Shown: piece after piece, positions 18,598-28,887 of the stretch
Position numbering within the stretch: position 1 is the stretch's first letter
How the letters are laid out: every line of letters begins with the position of its first letter
Assembly (NCBI GenBank): GCA_043803405.1
Contig: JAZDKB010000053.1
Span: 1-64,000 of the forward strand
Source: Spirochaetota bacterium
GTDB lineage: Bacteria > Spirochaetota > UBA4802 > JAFGDQ01
DNA length: 64,000 nt
Reading direction: 5' to 3'
The notes under the pieces: generated by a model
The model's input: only the letters and a program-made list of their open reading frames with translations
The model's database searches: none
Told to the model about the DNA's origin: nothing
Made by a program: the position numbers and the translations under genes

Positions 18598-21006
18598 ATG
18601 ATACGGAGGATAAAGAAAGCGGCAGTAATTGGTTCGGGCGTTATGGGAGGCGGAATCGCGGCTCTATGCGCAAGCGCCGGCATTCCGACTCTGCTTCTGG
18701 ATATTGTTCCGCCCGATCTGAACGACGAAGAAAAAAGTAAACCAGAGGCAAGGAACAGAATCGTCAGAGCAGGTTTTGAAGCTACGAAAAAAGCGGTCCC
18801 TGCAGCATATATGGATACAGCAAGAGATATTGCGCTCGTTGAAACAGGCAATCTTGAGGACGATTTTAACAGGCTTAAGGATTGTGACATCATAATTGAA
18901 GTAATAGTTGAAAATTTAAAAATAAAACAGCAGCTTTTTTCCCGTCTCGAAAAAATACGGAAGAAAAATACAATCATTGCATCGAACACATCAGGCTTGC
19001 CGTTAAAAGATATGTCGCAGGGACGTACAAAAGACTTCAAAGATAATTTTTTAATAATGCATTTTTTTAATCCTCCGCGTTATATGAAGCTTCTTGAAGT
19101 TGTAAAAGGCGAAGCAAAAAAAGAAGTCTATGATTTTGCAACGCAGTGGGCAGAGAAGATTCTGGGCAAGGGAATAGTTCTGGCTAAAGATACGCCTAAT
19201 TTTATCGGCAACAGGATAGGCGTAGCTTTTATTGCACAGGCATTCCGGCTTCTGGAGTCCGAGAATATACCGGTTGCTGAAGTAGATTCAATGTTCGGGA
19301 CCGTGTTCGGTTTTCCGAAAACAGGGATATTTGCGCTATGCGATCTTGTCGGCCTTGACATAGTGGGACACCTTGGGCAGAATTCTTATAACTTTCTGCA
19401 AAAAGATGAGTTTAGAAATATTTATAAATATCCGGAATTTGTAATGGATATGCTCTCCAAAAAGATGTTCGGAAATAAGACAAAGGATACGGGCGGATTT
19501 TATAAAACATCGTTTGATCCCGGCACAGGCCAAAAAATAAAAAAGGTTCTGGATATTCATTCAATGGAGCACAAAGCATTTGATTTGAATACAGCGCCCG
19601 GTTTTGTAACACAGGCAAAGAAGCTGGCTTCTTTGCCTGAAAAGCAAAGAATGATAATTGAGTCGTCCTCTTTTGCCGCAAAACTGACGGCATTCCTGCT
19701 GGTTTACAGCGCAAACAGGGTGCCGGAAATTTCGGATACAATTACCGGAATAGATAACGCAATGAAATGGGGATATGCGTGGGAGGCAGGCCCGTTTGAA
19801 ATATGGGATAATATCGGAATAAAAAAATCTTTAAAAATTATTGAGGAAGCCGGCTTTAAAGTACCTTCAAAAATTACAAAGATGCTGGAAAGCGGCAACA
19901 GAACTTTTTACAGAATAAAAAACAGCAAAAAGCAGTATTACGATTTTAAGTCCGGCAGTTATAAAGATGTTGTTACTGATAAAAACTGCGTATTCCTCGC
20001 GGACATCAAGTCTTCACGAAAAAATATTATTAAGACAAGCGATTCTGCGTCTCTTGTGGATATCGGCGATGGAGTATTCAATATTGAATATCATTCCAAG
20101 ATGAACGCAATAAATAAAACAATGATCGATTTTATCCGTGAAGCTGCGGATTATACGGCGGATAACGGCATTGGCATGGTAATCGGAAACCAGGCCGGCG
20201 GAGCTATGGGTGCTTTTTCTGCGGGAGGCGATCTCCTGTATATGCTGACCCTTGCGAAGCAAAAGAAATATTCCGAGATCGATGAATTTATTAAAGACGC
20301 TCATAATACAATTATGGGGATTAAATACGCTCCGTTCCCGGTTGTTGCTGCGCCGTACGGGATGACCTTGGGCGGAGGATGCGAGACATGTCTTGCTGCT
20401 CACAGGATTGTAGCTCATTGCGAACTATACATGGGGCTGGTTGAAATAGGCGCAGGGCTTATTCCAAGCGGGGCAGGAATGATTCATCTGTGGCAGAGAT
20501 ATGTTGAGTCGATTCCTACGGGGACAAATATTGCCGACTGGGGAGCGTATTTTGTGCCTGCTTTTCAAACTGTGGCCATGGCAAAGGTATCCAACTCAGC
20601 TGCTGAAGCCAGGAATCTGGGTTTTTTAAGGCCAACTGACAGAATTGTTTTTAATAAGGATTATCTAATTGGAGAAGCAAAGAAAGAGGTTCTGAGGATG
20701 GTTGAAGATGGATTCCGGCCTGCATTGAAAAAAAAGATAATCGTAATGGGACAGGCAGCACAGGGTATGGTCTGGGCGGAATTACAGGACATGAAAACCG
20801 GCGGATTTATTTCACCGCACATGGAATTTACAGCGAAAAAAATTGCGTATTGCATGTCCGGAGGCGAAGCGTTTCAGAGACAAACTGTTTCCGAAGATTA
20901 TCTCCTGAAACTTGAACGTGAAGCTTTTGTCGAGCTCTGGGAAACTGAGAGTACTCTTAAAATGGCTGAACATATTTTAAAAACCGGTAAGCCGCTTTTA
21001 ATTTGA
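18598..21006 (+). CDS. fadN: 3-hydroxyacyl-CoA dehydrogenase/enoyl-CoA hydratase (FadN-like)
   Basis: GSGVMGGGIA, SNTSGL, HFFNPPRYMKLLE, KDTPNFIGNRIG and crotonase LGGGCE...GLVEIGAGLIP. Confidence 0.92.
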   Translation: MIRRIKKAAVIGSGVMGGGIAALCASAGIPTLLLDIVPPDLNDEEKSKPEARNRIVRAGFEATKKAVPAAYMDTARDIALVETGNLEDDFNRLKDCDIIIEVIVENLKIKQQLFSRLEKIRKKNTIIASNTSGLPLKDMSQGRTKDFKDNFLIMHFFNPPRYMKLLEVVKGEAKKEVYDFATQWAEKILGKGIVLAKDTPNFIGNRIGVAFIAQAFRLLESENIPVAEVDSMFGTVFGFPKTGIFALCDLVGLDIVGHLGQNSYNFLQKDEFRNIYKYPEFVMDMLSKKMFGNKTKDTGGFYKTSFDPGTGQKIKKVLDIHSMEHKAFDLNTAPGFVTQAKKLASLPEKQRMIIESSSFAAKLTAFLLVYSANRVPEISDTITGIDNAMKWGYAWEAGPFEIWDNIGIKKSLKIIEEAGFKVPSKITKMLESGNRTFYRIKNSKKQYYDFKSGSYKDVVTDKNCVFLADIKSSRKNIIKTSDSASLVDIGDGVFNIEYHSKMNAINKTMIDFIREAADYTADNGIGMVIGNQAGGAMGAFSAGGDLLYMLTLAKQKKYSEIDEFIKDAHNTIMGIKYAPFPVVAAPYGMTLGGGCETCLAAHRIVAHCELYMGLVEIGAGLIPSGAGMIHLWQRYVESIPTGTNIADWGAYFVPAFQTVAMAKVSNSAAEARNLGFLRPTDRIVFNKDYLIGEAKKEVLRMVEDGFRPALKKKIIVMGQAAQGMVWAELQDMKTGGFISPHMEFTAKKIAYCMSGGEAFQRQTVSEDYLLKLEREAFVELWETESTLKMAEHILKTGKPLLI

Positions 21007-21042
21007 ATAAATGATCTTTAATTCAAAGACAAGGGGGGATTT

Positions 21043-22248
21043 ATGAGAGAATCCTATATAGTTACTTCATTAAGAACACCTGTGTGCAGGAGAAAAGGCG
21101 CTTTTGCTTTTACAAGGCCGGAGGATATTCTGTGTGCCGTAATTGACGGCTTGATTGAAAGAACTCCGGGTTTGGAAAAAAAGGATGTTGAGGATATTTT
21201 GATCGGCTGCTGTTTCCCTGAAGCGGAGCAGGGATTTAATATAGCCAGAGTAACGGCTTTACTGGGGAAATTTCCGGATGAGACCAGTGGGGCAACATAT
21301 AACAGATTTTGCTCCTCCAGCCTTGAAACAATTGCAATACAGTCAATGAGGATAGCATCCGGGTGGTGCGAGGTCGCAATTGCCGGAGGCATTGAATCTA
21401 TGAGTATAGTGCCGATGACCGGCAACCTGCCGCGGCCTCATCCCGATCTTGCAAAGGATCGGCCTGAAGCTTTTACATCCATGGGAGTTACAGCCGAGAA
21501 TGTGGCAAAACGCTACAAAATAAGCAGGGAAATGCAGGATGAATTCAGTTATCATTCGCATATCAAGGCCGCTGAAGCGCAGAAAAAAAATCTGTTTAAA
21601 GAGATAGTGCCTGTACCTTCGCATAAGTATGTTGAAGATGCGGACGGTTCTGTAAGGAGAGAAATCAGGTCGCAGGATATTGATGACGGCATACGTGCTA
21701 ACACAACAATTTCCGGGCTTGCAAAGCTTCGGCCGATATTTTCAGCAAGAGGTACAGTGACAGCAGGTAATTCATCCCAAATGTCCGACGGGGCTTCGGC
21801 AACACTTCTAATGAGCGGGGATGCCGTAAAAAAATTTGGCGTTAAACCTGCAGCAATGCTGAAATATTTTGCAGTGACAGGCGTAAAACCCGATGAAATG
21901 GGCGTAGGCCCTCTATATGCAATACCAAAACTGTTAAAAATTGCAGGTATGAAAATTGATGACATTGGCCTGTTTGAGATCAATGAAGCGTTTGCTTCGC
22001 AGGCAATATATTGTCTTCGGGAACTCGGCCTTTACAATAAAGAATTATGGGAATCCGGCAGCAGTGTTAGAAAAATAAATGTTAATGGCGGCGCAATAGC
22101 TCTCGGGCACCCGATCGGTTGTACGGGAGCTAAACTCGCAGCTCAGCTGATTAATATGATGAAGGAAAAAAATGTGAAATACGGCATTGAATCAATGTGT
22201 GTAGGAGGGGGCATGGGCGCTGCTGCGCTTTTTGAACTGGTAGAGTAA
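21043..22248 (+). CDS. fadA: Acetyl-CoA C-acyltransferase (thiolase)
   Basis: NRFCSSS, EINEAFA, NGGAIALGHP, SMCVGGGMG. Confidence 0.95.
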   Translation: MRESYIVTSLRTPVCRRKGAFAFTRPEDILCAVIDGLIERTPGLEKKDVEDILIGCCFPEAEQGFNIARVTALLGKFPDETSGATYNRFCSSSLETIAIQSMRIASGWCEVAIAGGIESMSIVPMTGNLPRPHPDLAKDRPEAFTSMGVTAENVAKRYKISREMQDEFSYHSHIKAAEAQKKNLFKEIVPVPSHKYVEDADGSVRREIRSQDIDDGIRANTTISGLAKLRPIFSARGTVTAGNSSQMSDGASATLLMSGDAVKKFGVKPAAMLKYFAVTGVKPDEMGVGPLYAIPKLLKIAGMKIDDIGLFEINEAFASQAIYCLRELGLYNKELWESGSSVRKINVNGGAIALGHPIGCTGAKLAAQLINMMKEKNVKYGIESMCVGGGMGAAALFELVE

Positions 22249-22336
22249 GCAAATATTTTTACTACGTTGAGTAAATTACTTGCCTAAAATAATACTATGT
22301 TGCATTTTTGAAATAGAATGATAATACAGGAGTTTT

Positions 22337-23284
22337 ATGATGGCAAAAGTCGCTTATCTTTACGATGACATTTATTTACAACATGAAACCGGGTATGGGC
22401 ATCCTGAATGTCCTGAAAGATTATCTGCTATTAATTATAAAGTCAAGATGCTTCCTTTCTATAATGATATTATTAAAGTTGATAAGAAAAAAGCTGATTT
22501 TAAATATATTGAATTAATCCATGACAGGAGTTATATCGATAGAGTAAAAACTGAAATAGAATCCGGAACCAGATTCCTTGATTCAATGGACACCGTTGTA
22601 AGCTCAATGTCGTTTGAGGCGGCTATATATGCCGTAGGCGGATGCCTTAACATGTGTGATGTCATTATGCGCGGGGAAGCGGATTGCGGTTTCTGCGCTG
22701 TGCGTCCTCCAGGTCATCATGCTGAAAGAAATCATGCTGCCGGGTTCTGTATTTTTAACAACATAGCAATATCCGCGAAATATCTTCAAAAAGAATACAA
22801 AATAGAAAGAGTAGCAATAGTTGACTGGGACGTGCATCATGGAAACGGCACCCAGCATTCTTTTGAATCCGATCCGACCATATATTTTTTCAGCCTTCAT
22901 CAGTATCCCTATTATCCGGGTTCCGGCGCTGCCAGCGAAAGAGGGGAAGGAAAAGGTAAGGGTTTTAATCTGAATTTCCCAATGGGGCAGGGAAGCGGAG
23001 AAAAAGAATATATGCAGGCCTTTGAAAAAAGCATAATTCCCGAGCTGGAAAAATTTAAGCCCGAAATTATTTTAATATCGGCAGGTTTTGATTCTCATGA
23101 GGCTGATCCTTTGGCTTTGATAAGCCTTACGTCGGACTCGTATTATAAATTCACAAAGATGCTGCAGGGAGTTGCTAAAAAATATTGCTCGAACAGAATG
23201 ATTGCGTTCCTTGAAGGCGGATACGACCTTAATGCGTTAACAGACAGCGTAATAAGGGTAATGGAAGCTTTTAACGAAGGATAA
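22337..23284 (+). CDS. Histone deacetylase family (AcuC/AphA-like) protein
   Basis: HPECPERL, RPPGHHA, DWDVHHGNGT, SAGFDSH, LEGGY. Confidence 0.93.
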   Translation: MMAKVAYLYDDIYLQHETGYGHPECPERLSAINYKVKMLPFYNDIIKVDKKKADFKYIELIHDRSYIDRVKTEIESGTRFLDSMDTVVSSMSFEAAIYAVGGCLNMCDVIMRGEADCGFCAVRPPGHHAERNHAAGFCIFNNIAISAKYLQKEYKIERVAIVDWDVHHGNGTQHSFESDPTIYFFSLHQYPYYPGSGAASERGEGKGKGFNLNFPMGQGSGEKEYMQAFEKSIIPELEKFKPEIILISAGFDSHEADPLALISLTSDSYYKFTKMLQGVAKKYCSNRMIAFLEGGYDLNALTDSVIRVMEAFNEG

Positions 23285-23294
23285 CCGGCAGAGG

Positions 23295-23636
23295 TTATCG
23301 GCTACTGAAAGCAGGTGCGGACGAAGCGAAATATTCTGTCCCGCTAAATATATCACCAATAAGCCCTTCATCAAGCATTGATATTAATGCTTTTGTTTTC
23401 TGTTCCATCTCTCCGGTAACATCGCTTTTTATACTCTGAAGCTGTAAATATTCATCCGCGATATTTAGTGCAGCGAGAATTGCTAACTGGGCAATATTGC
23501 CGCTTGTAACTGATTTCCCGATTTCTTTCATCTTATTGTCAATATATTCGGCTAATTTTAAAATGTATTCAGGTTCAGCTTCGCCCATTATGCTGTATTC
23601 ATTGCCGTAAATATTGACTTTTACTCTGGATTCCAT
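23295..23636 (-). CDS. zapA: Cell division protein ZapA
   Basis: VKVNIYGNEY...LAEYIDNKM...LAILAALNIADE. Confidence 0.9.
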   Translation of the reverse strand: MESRVKVNIYGNEYSIMGEAEPEYILKLAEYIDNKMKEIGKSVTSGNIAQLAILAALNIADEYLQLQSIKSDVTGEMEQKTKALISMLDEGLIGDIFSGTEYFASSAPAFSSR

Positions 23637-23729
23637 TATTTCCTCATAACTATCATAATGAATTATTTAAATAATACAGGATATTTTTCCAGCTATGCCG
23701 GGAATTTGACTAATAGTCAGATTTAATAA

Positions 23730-24413
23730 TTATTTTTTCTTTTTATTCGGTTTCTCATCTTCTTCGATTATAATAAAATCATCGTCGCTTTCGGTTTTAT
23801 CTCCCTCTGCTTCGGAATCGTCAATAATAACCAGTTCGTCGTCAACATCATCTATAACAATCTCGTCTTCATCGTCATCCAGCAAGACTATCTCGTCATC
23901 ATCTTCTGCCGATTCGGATTTAACTACTATGTCATCATCTCCGGATGTTTCATCATCAATTATAATAATGTCGTCATCTTCTTCAGAAGCATCTTTTTCA
24001 GGTTCAAGCGCGTCTACAGATACGTCTTCCAGCTCTCCCAGGGTATCGTCGTCTTCTATCGGAGTGCCAATTGAAGATGACACAGCTGCAGGTTTTCTGG
24101 CTGGTTCTCCGGCAGGTATAGCGCCTTCCTTCACAGTTTCAAGCCTTGTGAGAAGTTCAATGATTTTCTTTTCGAGAACGTCTTCCTTCTCTCTAATTTC
24201 ATCCAGCTCTTTAATTTTAGCAGCAAGTTCTTTCTGAATTTTTTCCAACTCCTGCTCTTTTTCCTCAAGGCTTAGCTTAGCGTCTTCCGCCTGCGCCTGA
24301 AGAGACTCGTTATCCGTTTCAAGCTTCGAGTTTTCGGTTCTTAAATCTCCTATCAGTTGTAAAGCTTTTACTATCCTGCTTTCCAGTTCTTCCAGTTGCT
24401 GCATTGAAATCAT
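23730..24413 (-). CDS. zapB: ZapB-like coiled-coil protein with long acidic tail
   Basis: QQLEELESRIVKALQLIGDLRTEN coiled coil directly upstream of zapA; GGAGG RBS. Confidence 0.65.
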   Translation of the reverse strand: MISMQQLEELESRIVKALQLIGDLRTENSKLETDNESLQAQAEDAKLSLEEKEQELEKIQKELAAKIKELDEIREKEDVLEKKIIELLTRLETVKEGAIPAGEPARKPAAVSSSIGTPIEDDDTLGELEDVSVDALEPEKDASEEDDDIIIIDDETSGDDDIVVKSESAEDDDEIVLLDDDEDEIVIDDVDDELVIIDDSEAEGDKTESDDDFIIIEEDEKPNKKKK

Positions 24414-24628
24414 TATTATACCTCCGGTAAAACATTTATTAGTTAAATATTTATCTCATCTTCAATATCTGGCTCAATATCCGTTTCAGAAAATATACCC
24501 TGTAATGATATACGGAATAATTCGCCTTCAATTACAGGCTCTTAACCGTTATTTTTAAAATATAAGATTATACTTATTTTCGGCTGAAACAGGAAATAAG
24601 ACTATAACAAATTATAGTCTTATTTAAA

Positions 24629-25543
24629 TTAAAATTGCAAGCTAAAATCAAATCCGAGGACGGATTTAATATAATTTTTTTCTCTTATGGGATTTACGAT
24701 GTAATAAGTTCCCAGAAATAAAGAATTTGAAAAGAAATACCTTCCCCCAATGGATATTAATATCGGGTTAATTCCTGATCCTTCAACAGGAATATTTTCG
24801 TATCCGGATTGTTTTTTATAAACCCTGTGAGAAGCATAAAATTCAATAAATGGTATGATCGGGTAAATGATATCAGTATTGACTGCTGTTGAGCACACAG
24901 CATAATCGTTTTTCAGCCTGCTGCCCGAAAGAAAAGTATCTTTTGATTTGAAATTGAGGCCGAATAATTTTGAATAGGTTTCTTTTTTAGTAAGATTAAA
25001 ATAAAATCCGTTATAAAACCCCTCGTCCTCCCCCTCCCTGAATACATAAAATATATTGAGATGCAGGAATATTGATTTATATATGTCAAACTTAAACACA
25101 GGGCCTATCTTTAACTCGTTTTTACCAAACGAAACATTTCTCCATTCGCTTTCGGCGTATGCATCCGGCCCTGTCGGTAAACGGAACAGGAAAAGCAAAC
25201 CTGTATGCATAAAATTAAAAAAATCTCCCAGATAAAACCATGCTTTTAAATACGAGTCGCCCAGTTTGCTTGAAGACGCGTTTATTATATTATTATGAAT
25301 ATAATCCACCGAATACCAGACCGTGATGCTAGAGAACGCTCCGAAACCTATGGAATAGTTTTCTTTACGGAAGTTATTATTTACTTTTATGATTTCTTCG
25401 CGCAGACCAACTGTAATTTCGCTTTCCGGGATTGTGTAGATCGTTTCAGTTAGAGGCAGGCTTGCTTTAATATCAGTGCAAAAGTAAAATAAAATAAGCG
25501 CCACAACGGCGCTTATCATTCTAATTTTGTTTATGCTGTGCAT
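24629..25543 (-). CDS. Hypothetical outer-membrane beta-barrel protein
   Basis: Signal peptide, aromatic-rich strands, C-terminal LGFDFSLQF. Confidence 0.55.
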   Translation of the reverse strand: MHSINKIRMISAVVALILFYFCTDIKASLPLTETIYTIPESEITVGLREEIIKVNNNFRKENYSIGFGAFSSITVWYSVDYIHNNIINASSSKLGDSYLKAWFYLGDFFNFMHTGLLFLFRLPTGPDAYAESEWRNVSFGKNELKIGPVFKFDIYKSIFLHLNIFYVFREGEDEGFYNGFYFNLTKKETYSKLFGLNFKSKDTFLSGSRLKNDYAVCSTAVNTDIIYPIIPFIEFYASHRVYKKQSGYENIPVEGSGINPILISIGGRYFFSNSLFLGTYYIVNPIREKNYIKSVLGFDFSLQF

Positions 25544-25561
25544 TCACCTTTCGGGAAATTG

Positions 25562-25918
25562 TTATGCAAACTTTTCTTTAACAGTATCGACTATTTTTTG
25601 AAAAGCTTTCTGATCCTTTACCGCAATATCTGCCAGCATTTTTCGGTTTATTTCTATATTGGATTTCTGCAAACCGTTGATCAGCTTGCTGTAGGAAATC
25701 CCGCAAATTCTGGCTGCAGCGTTTATCCGAATTATCCATAATGCACGAAAGTCTCTTTTTTTAGCACGTCTGTGGATATATGAATTTGTAAGCGCTCTTC
25801 GTCTTGCATCTTTAGCTGTTCTAAAGAGCAGGCTTCTGGCGCCGATAAAGCCTTTGGTATCCTTCAGTATTTTTTTTCTTTTTTGATTATGTGTTTTACC
25901 GCTTATGGCTCTTGGCAT
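25562..25918 (-). CDS. rplT: 50S ribosomal protein L20
   Basis: KKRDFRALWIIRINAAAR...SYSKLINGL...INRKMLADIA. Confidence 0.97.
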   Translation of the reverse strand: MPRAISGKTHNQKRKKILKDTKGFIGARSLLFRTAKDARRRALTNSYIHRRAKKRDFRALWIIRINAAARICGISYSKLINGLQKSNIEINRKMLADIAVKDQKAFQKIVDTVKEKFA

Positions 25919-25949
25919 AGTTTTCCTCGTTATTATTAATAATTATTTG

Positions 25950-26153
25950 TTAGCAGCTCGCATACGGCATCATCTTTTTTAATCTGTTCGCAACTGCTGC
26001 AGGTTCAATTTCGGATTTTCTAAGATGCCGTTTGCGTTTTGTGGTTTTATTTTCGAGCAAATGGCTTTTGCATGCCTTGGCTCTCTTTACCTTGCCGGTT
26101 TTAGTTATTTTAAATCTTTTTTTTGCGCCACTGTTTGTTTTTAATTTAAGCAT
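25950..26153 (-). CDS. rpmI: 50S ribosomal protein L35
   Basis: KLKTNSGAKKRFKITKTGKVKR...H...KRKRHLR. Confidence 0.97.
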   Translation of the reverse strand: MLKLKTNSGAKKRFKITKTGKVKRAKACKSHLLENKTTKRKRHLRKSEIEPAAVANRLKKMMPYASC

Positions 26154-26155
26154 TA

Positions 26156-26737
26156 TTAACCTCGTTCTTCTTCATCTTGTTCTTTCGACTTTTTCTTTTT
26201 TTTGTTGCCTCCGGGGGCTACAACCATTGCAATAGCACGTCCTTCTGTCGTTGCCTGCTGTTCAACCTGAATTAGATCTTCAAGGTCGACAAGCACTCTT
26301 TCAAGGAGACTGAATCCAAGTTCGTTATGCACAATCTCTCTTCCCTTGAACCTGATTGAGAATTTAACTTTGTCGCCTTTTTCTAAAAATGATTTTGCCT
26401 GATTGATTTTAGTGTCATAATCGTGACTCGCAATAGCAGGTCTCAGTTTAATCTCCTTTAAATGAATTACTTTCTGTTTCTTTTTATTTTCCTTGGTCTT
26501 CTTCCTCTGATCAAACACAAATCTACTGTAATCAATTAGCTTTACGACCGGAGGATTCTGGTTAGGAGATATCTCAACTAAATCGAGCGTTTTTTCGCGT
26601 GCAATCCGTAATGCATCTTCAAGGGATACAATGGTCGATTCACCATCTTCTCCGACAAGCCTGACCTTATCCGCTCTTATCTCCTCATTGGTCCTTAATC
26701 CTTTGCTTTTTCCCATTTTTGAATCAGATTTGTTTAT
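26156..26737 (-). CDS. infC: Translation initiation factor IF-3, probable non-canonical ATA start
   Basis: NEEIRADKVRLV...DLVEISPNQNPPVVK...KEIKLRP...GDKVK. AGGAGG (26749-26744) lies 6 nt before an in-frame ATA at 26737. Confidence 0.95.
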   Translation of the reverse strand: MNKSDSKMGKSKGLRTNEEIRADKVRLVGEDGESTIVSLEDALRIAREKTLDLVEISPNQNPPVVKLIDYSRFVFDQRKKTKENKKKQKVIHLKEIKLRPAIASHDYDTKINQAKSFLEKGDKVKFSIRFKGREIVHNELGFSLLERVLVDLEDLIQVEQQATTEGRAIAMVVAPGGNKKKKKSKEQDEEERG

Positions 26738-26847
26738 AACGATCCTCCTAATTATAAATTTGGATTAGCTGAAAATAATAAATAGATAAAATCAACAAAA
26801 TTTCTATTAATTTAACATTATTTTTTTAGAAAATAAAGAATTTTTTG

Positions 26848-28770
26848 CTAAATTTTATCATTAATTTCTTTTTTAATGATTTTTATAAATTCTTCTGTAG
26901 AAAAAGATGCGGATTCTTTTTCGCCTCTTTTCCTTATGGAAATTGTTCCCTGTTCGGATTCTTTTTTACCAATGACACCGATATACGGCACTTTTTTGCC
27001 GATGGCATCCCTGATCTTGTAACCGATGGTTTCTTCCCTTAAATCGGATTCTGTACGAATATCTTCAAGTAAAAGCTTCTTTTCAAGTTTTTCGGTATAA
27101 TCTTTTGAGTCTTCGCCTACGTTTATAAGAATAATCTGTATGGGCGCAAGCCATGCAGGAAATTTGCCTGCATAATGCTCAATGAGTACTCCGATAAATC
27201 TTTCCATTGAGCCTAATAGCGCCCTGTGTATCATATAAGGTTGATGCTTTTTGCCGTCTTTATCAATATAAGATAATTCAAAGCGTTCGGGTAGATTAAA
27301 ATCGAACTGAATCGTTGAACACTGCCATTCGCGTCCGAGCGCGTCCATTATTTTAATATCGATCTTTGGGCCGTAGAATGCGCCGCCGCCTTCGTCGAGC
27401 TCGAATTTGATGCCTGCGCGCTTAACGGATTCTTCCAGCGCGCGGGTTGCGTCTACCCATGCGGATTCATCGCCTACGGATTTCTCCTTTGGCCTTGTTG
27501 CAAGATACACCTTAAACTTCTGAAATCCGAACGAGCGCAACATGAACAGGCAGAACGCAAGAACTCTGTCGATTTCCTCCGGCATCTGGTCGGGCCTGCA
27601 TATTAGATGCGCGTCATCTTGGGTAAACCCGCGAACACGCAGCAGACCGTGCAGTACTCCGCTACGTTCGTATCTGTATACTGTTCCGAGTTCTGCCCAG
27701 CGCAGGGGCAGTTCCCTGTAAGAGTAGCCCTTATTTTTATATATCATCAAATGAAATGGACAATTCATTGGTTTAATGAAATAATCCTGTCCTTCAATAT
27801 CCATTGGAGAATACATGTTTTCGTTGTAAAAATCGAGATGACCGCTTGTCTCCCATAGCTGTGCTTTGCCTATATGAGGAGTGGCCACCATTTCGTAGCC
27901 GTTTTTATAATGTTCTTCGCGCCAGAAGTTCTCAATAATGTTTTTAAGGCGCGCTCCTTTCGGATGCCACAATACGAGGCCGGCTCCCGTTTCTTCGTGA
28001 ATGGAAAAAAGATCGAGTTCCTTGCCCAGCTTTCTGTGATCGCGCTTCTTTGCCTCTTCGAGCATTGTGAGATGCGTTTTTAGAGCCTTCGCGTCCGGGA
28101 ACGCTATCCCGTATATGCGCTGAAGCATTTTATTTTTTTCGCTGCCCCGCCAGTATGCGCCCGCAACCGACAGAAGTTTGTAAGCTTTAAGATACGAGGT
28201 TCTCGGAACATGAGGCCCTCTGCAAAGGTCTACATATTCACCCTGCCTGTATATTGTTACAGGTCCTTCGCTTAGTTCGTTTAAAATTTCTACTTTATAG
28301 ATTTCATTTTTATCCCGGAACAGTTTAATTGCTTCATTCCTGGTTATTTCTTCGCGGATGATCTCAAGGTCATCTTTTTCGATCTTCTGCATTTCGGCTT
28401 CAATTTTTTCAATATCTTCGGGTGTGAATGTTCTGTCTATGTCAAAATCATAATAAAATCCATCGTCGGTTGAAGGGCCGATTGACGGTTTTGTCTGCGG
28501 GAACAGTCTTATTACAGCCTGTGCCATTAAATGCGAGGCCGAATGCCAGAAAACGTTTCTGCCTTCAGGTGTATCGAAGGTAAAAACGCTAAGCTTCGCG
28601 TCTTCGTTCATCTTATATGAAAGATCAACCAGATCGCTGTTAACTTTTGCGCATATTGCCGCTTTTTGTAATCCTTTTCCAATATTGCCGATTATTTGGT
28701 AAACAGTGTTTCCTTTTTGGGCAGATAGAATGGAAGAATCCGGCAGGGTAATATTAATTTCTGAACTCAA
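26848..28770 (-). CDS. thrS: Threonine--tRNA ligase
   Basis: TGS domain, HSASH, DLCRGPH, KPMNCPFH, RVRGFTQDDAH, HRALLGSMERF. TTG start at 28770 after AGGTGG; the ORF-track extension overlaps the tRNA. Confidence 0.97.
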   Translation of the reverse strand: MSSEINITLPDSSILSAQKGNTVYQIIGNIGKGLQKAAICAKVNSDLVDLSYKMNEDAKLSVFTFDTPEGRNVFWHSASHLMAQAVIRLFPQTKPSIGPSTDDGFYYDFDIDRTFTPEDIEKIEAEMQKIEKDDLEIIREEITRNEAIKLFRDKNEIYKVEILNELSEGPVTIYRQGEYVDLCRGPHVPRTSYLKAYKLLSVAGAYWRGSEKNKMLQRIYGIAFPDAKALKTHLTMLEEAKKRDHRKLGKELDLFSIHEETGAGLVLWHPKGARLKNIIENFWREEHYKNGYEMVATPHIGKAQLWETSGHLDFYNENMYSPMDIEGQDYFIKPMNCPFHLMIYKNKGYSYRELPLRWAELGTVYRYERSGVLHGLLRVRGFTQDDAHLICRPDQMPEEIDRVLAFCLFMLRSFGFQKFKVYLATRPKEKSVGDESAWVDATRALEESVKRAGIKFELDEGGGAFYGPKIDIKIMDALGREWQCSTIQFDFNLPERFELSYIDKDGKKHQPYMIHRALLGSMERFIGVLIEHYAGKFPAWLAPIQIILINVGEDSKDYTEKLEKKLLLEDIRTESDLREETIGYKIRDAIGKKVPYIGVIGKKESEQGTISIRKRGEKESASFSTEEFIKIIKKEINDKI

Positions 28771-28813
28771 AACAACCACCTGATAATAAAATACATCTAA
28801 AGTCTCCAGTAGC

Positions 28814-28887
28814 TGGGCGATATTGGACTTGAACCAACGACCTTCTGCGTGTCGAGCAGACGCTCTAGCCAGCTGAGCTAATCGCCC
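28814..28887 (-). tRNA. tRNA-Val(GAC)
   Basis: GGGCGATTAGCTCAGCTGGCTAGAGCGTCTGCTC-GAC-ACGCAGAAGGTCGTTGGTTCAAGTCCAATATCGCCCA folds as a cloverleaf; CCA not encoded. Confidence 0.95.

Noticed and set aside
23285..23294. 6S RNA, often found downstream of zapA
   Set aside because: Only 10 bp separate zapA from the convergent HDAC gene, leaving no room.
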